From: Polyangiales bacterium
GTDB taxonomy: Bacteria; Myxococcota_A; Polyangia; Polyangiales; Polyangiaceae
NCBI GenBank assembly: GCA_038231275.1
Contig: JBBRLQ010000030.1
Coordinates: forward strand, 1 to 64,000
DNA length: 64,000 bases
Direction: 5' to 3'
In this document: piece by piece, positions 61,221 through 64,000 of the stretch
Layout: each line of letters starts with the position of its first letter
Position numbering within the stretch: position 1 is the stretch's first letter
Position numbers and translations under genes: made by a program
The notes under the pieces: model-generated
What the model was told of the DNA's origin: nothing
Databases searched by the model: none
What the model saw: the letters and a program-made list of their open reading frames with translations, nothing else

Positions 61221-62708
61221 TCAGGCCGCGAGCATCACCGGAGCGAGGCCGTCCAGCAAGCGCCGCGCCTCGCGTGGGGAAGGGAACCCCGCGATGTGCT
61301 CGATCTCCGCGCTCACCGGCACCTCGAGCGCGCAGGCGAGCTCGTTGAACGCCGCGCGTCGCTCCGCCGCGACCCTCGCGCGTTCTTCGTCGGTCAGCCG
61401 CGTGTCGAGCCACGACGCGAGATCCCAGGAGAGCGCCGCGTGCTCGGTCTCCTCGTCGGCGATCGCGGCCATGCAATCGCGCACGTCGGAGCTTGCGGCG
61501 CGGGTCTTCTGGAAGTGTGCCACGAGCGCGCCGAACGTCTCGCGCACGCAGCCTTCGCGCGCGTTCTCGACGGCGAGCTCGAACGGGGTGACGGCGCGGG
61601 CCGGCGCGACCCGCGGCGCTGCGCGCGTAACGCCGTGCTCGCGTGCGAGCGCCGAGATCGCGCGGGCATGACGCACTTCGTCGTGGGCGGCGCGACGTAC
61701 GCGCGCGAGCAGCTCACTCGGCGCGCCCATCGCCGCAAGCTGACGGGCGAGCCTTCGGAACGCCACGACGCTCGCGGCCTCCAGCGTCGCCATCTGCGCA
61801 AAATGCGCTCCGATCGCGCGCGCGGTCTCCGGGGACGCGTCCGCGGTGGACAAACCCGCCGGGCGCCGTCCCGCGACCGCGCACATTGGCTTCCCCGGGA
61901 GAACGTCCGCCGAGACCACCGAGAGCGTGCCCGCGTAGTCGACGTGAACCACCGCGCTCGTCACCTGCTGTCCGCAGTTTTGGTACTGGAGGAGCTTCAG
62001 GTCCCACCCGCCGTCGGCGGTGGTTCGGTACTCCGAGTCCGGAAACGTCTCGCCGCTCTGCGCGCGCTGGCCGCAGCTCACCTGGTACGGCGTGCTCGCG
62101 TTCTCGGTCACCCAGAGCGCCTCTTCGAGCGTGTCGAACGTGCCGAGCAGCGTCTTCACTTCGTCGTTGGTGCGCGCGACCGCGATCTCGTCGCCGCGGG
62201 TCGTGAGGATGTACGTTGTGCTGCACGCGTTCGTCGCGTACTGCGCCGGATACGTGGCCACGCACGCGGCGCGCGCCACGGGGAGGATTCGATAGCCCGC
62301 GACCTTGGCGTTGCACGCCGCAGGGTCTTTCGCGGTCGCGCACAGCGTCCCGACCGCCACGCTGTTCGACGACTTCCAGTCGTCGCCGACCACGTCGGGC
62401 CCGTTGCCGGTCACGCCTCCCGGTCCGGTGAGGACGTTGAAGGCGCTCTCGGTGCGGTTCACTGCGCCGTCGATCTGCGGCGATGGATGCATTCCTTGCA
62501 GCAACGTCTTGTAGGGCGTGCCGCCCTTCGTGCCGCAGAGCGTGGTGAAGTGCGGGGTGCTGCCGCCGCCGCCCGTCGGCTCGGTCACGGTCGCTCCGCT
62601 GCACCCGGAGATCGCGCCGAGGGCGGTGGCGCCCGCGGTGGTGGCGACGAGCGCGGTGAGAACATCGGCGAACGCGCGGCGGAGGCGAAGCTCGGTAGGT
62701 CGGCGCAT
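61221..62708 (-). CDS. Lipoprotein with Cys-rich N-domain and C-terminal ferritin-like diiron domain
   Basis: ISGC lipobox; GRRP.GL; EAASV..DEVRH..EGCVRE..EETEH; start 62708 or 62720. Confidence 0.8.
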   Translation of the reverse strand: MRRPTELRLRRAFADVLTALVATTAGATALGAISGCSGATVTEPTGGGGSTPHFTTLCGTKGGTPYKTLLQGMHPSPQIDGAVNRTESAFNVLTGPGGVTGNGPDVVGDDWKSSNSVAVGTLCATAKDPAACNAKVAGYRILPVARAACVATYPAQYATNACSTTYILTTRGDEIAVARTNDEVKTLLGTFDTLEEALWVTENASTPYQVSCGQRAQSGETFPDSEYRTTADGGWDLKLLQYQNCGQQVTSAVVHVDYAGTLSVVSADVLPGKPMCAVAGRRPAGLSTADASPETARAIGAHFAQMATLEAASVVAFRRLARQLAAMGAPSELLARVRRAAHDEVRHARAISALAREHGVTRAAPRVAPARAVTPFELAVENAREGCVRETFGALVAHFQKTRAASSDVRDCMAAIADEETEHAALSWDLASWLDTRLTDEERARVAAERRAAFNELACALEVPVSAEIEHIAGFPSPREARRLLDGLAPVMLAA

Positions 62709-62865
62709 GACCCTCTCCATCGCAACGCCCATGCCGGCTCCCGCGGGCGCATCGCGCGCGAAATTGCCTGGAATTGCGAGCAAGGAAGCGCCGGGTGGTG
62801 TGCCAAGTTGGGCACGATACGCGGACGCGGTCAGCCGCCGCGCTTGGCCGCGCTGGTGATCCAAG

Positions 62866-64000
62866 TCAGCGCGAGGGGCGCGAGGAGCCGTCGAAGAGGC
62901 CTGCGAGCCGTGCAACCGAGACGACGAGCTCCGTCGGATTGACGGGCTTGGACGCGTACATGTCGAAGCCGGACTCCAGCGCGCGCGCGCGATCTTCGGG
63001 CCGCGCGAACGCGGTGAGCGCGAGCGCAGGCGTCCGACCGCCGCCATCGGCGGAGAGGGCCCGCACCTGCCGGATCACCTCGTAGCCGTCGTGGTTCGGC
63101 ATGCCGATGTCCGAGACGAGCACGTCGGGCCGAGACCCGACGATCGCGTCGAGCGCCGCGGACGCGGACGTGGCCTTGTATACCTCGGCCCCGTGCCGCG
63201 CGAGCATCGTCGCGACGAGATCGATGGCGTCGGGGTCGTCGTCGAGGACCAATACTCGCAAGCCCGCGAGGCGCGCCGAGTCGGCCACATCGGTCAGCGG
63301 GGGAGGACGGCTCGAGAAGTTCGCCATCTCCGCCGACGACCGCCTGCGAGGGAACGTCACTCGGAAGGTCGCGCCGAGCCCCGGGCCGTCGCTTTGCGCA
63401 TCGATGGTGCCCTCGTGCGCGTCCACGATGTGCTTGACGATCGCGAGGCCGAGGCCGAGCCCACCGTGCGCGCGCTTGGCGCCGACCGCCCCCTGGCGAA
63501 ACCGCTCGAAGACGTGCGGGAGGAACTCGGGGGCGATGCCAGCGCCCTTGTCCACCACCGAGACGCGCACGCTATCCGCGTCGCGCTCGAGAGCAATCTC
63601 CACGCGGCCGCCCCGGGCGCTGAACTTGATCGCGTTCGTGAGGAGGTTGACGACGATCTGCTGGATGCGCGGTGGATCGCCGACGATTTGTCCCGCGTCG
63701 GGGTCGACGCGCAGGTGCAGCGAGACCCCCGTGGTTCGTGCAAAGAGCTCGACGGCGTCGACCGATGTCTGGAGGATGCTCACGAGCTCGAGTGGCTGAG
63801 CGTCGATCTGCAGCTTTCCGCTGAGGATGCGCGACATGTCCATCAAGTCGTCGATGAGCTTGGTCTGCGCGACCGCGTTGCGCTCCACCGTCGCGAGCGC
63901 CTTCTCCGCTTCCTTCTCTCCGAGGCCGCCCCCGCGGATCAAGCGCGTCCACCCGAGGATGGCGTTCAGAGGCGTGCGGAGCTCGTGCGACACCATCGCG
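62866..64000 (-). CDS. Hybrid sensor histidine kinase (HisKA-HATPase-REC), N-terminus outside the window
   Basis: SHELRTPL, NLLTNAIKF, D.G.GI, FERF, GLGLGL; REC VLDDD, SDIGMP, KP. Confidence 0.93.
   Translation of the reverse strand, partial: AMVSHELRTPLNAILGWTRLIRGGGLGEKEAEKALATVERNAVAQTKLIDDLMDMSRILSGKLQIDAQPLELVSILQTSVDAVELFARTTGVSLHLRVDPDAGQIVGDPPRIQQIVVNLLTNAIKFSARGGRVEIALERDADSVRVSVVDKGAGIAPEFLPHVFERFRQGAVGAKRAHGGLGLGLAIVKHIVDAHEGTIDAQSDGPGLGATFRVTFPRRRSSAEMANFSSRPPPLTDVADSARLAGLRVLVLDDDPDAIDLVATMLARHGAEVYKATSASAALDAIVGSRPDVLVSDIGMPNHDGYEVIRQVRALSADGGGRTPALALTAFARPEDRARALESGFDMYASKPVNPTELVVSVARLAGLFDGSSRPSR

Overview
This is a very GC-rich, gene-dense stretch of chromosome, most likely myxobacterial (Myxococcota, Polyangia-like). 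That assignment rests on two MYXO-CTERM-type tails, many Cys-rich lipoproteins and a GltJ/AgmX-like protein. About 50 genes are supportable. Housekeeping genes include deaD, sucA, alaX, thiS, clsB, a plsC-like acyltransferase, rlpA, miaB, a fadD-like ligase, ribA, trpBA, rimK and aspartate kinase. Signalling genes include a GGDEF cyclase, PP2C, an ECF sigma factor, a MerR-TPR protein, a cNMP-gated MscS channel and a hybrid histidine kinase cut by the window end. Envelope proteins are numerous. I saw no rRNA, tRNA, transposase, prophage or convincing CRISPR array. The most notable observations are: (1) at least 16 genes have a TAnnnT -10 hexamer only 6-10 nt before the start codon, suggesting widespread leaderless or near-leaderless mRNAs; (2) a SecD-periplasmic-domain/PrsW protease fusion; (3) a C-lobe-only pseudokinase-GYF-TM-TonB-C protein; (4) a helically phased CGTAAC repeat array upstream of an ECF sigma factor with no adjacent anti-sigma gene; (5) several apparently catalytically dead enzymes and two tandem paralog pairs. 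All calls come from reading motifs by eye, and no database searches were run.
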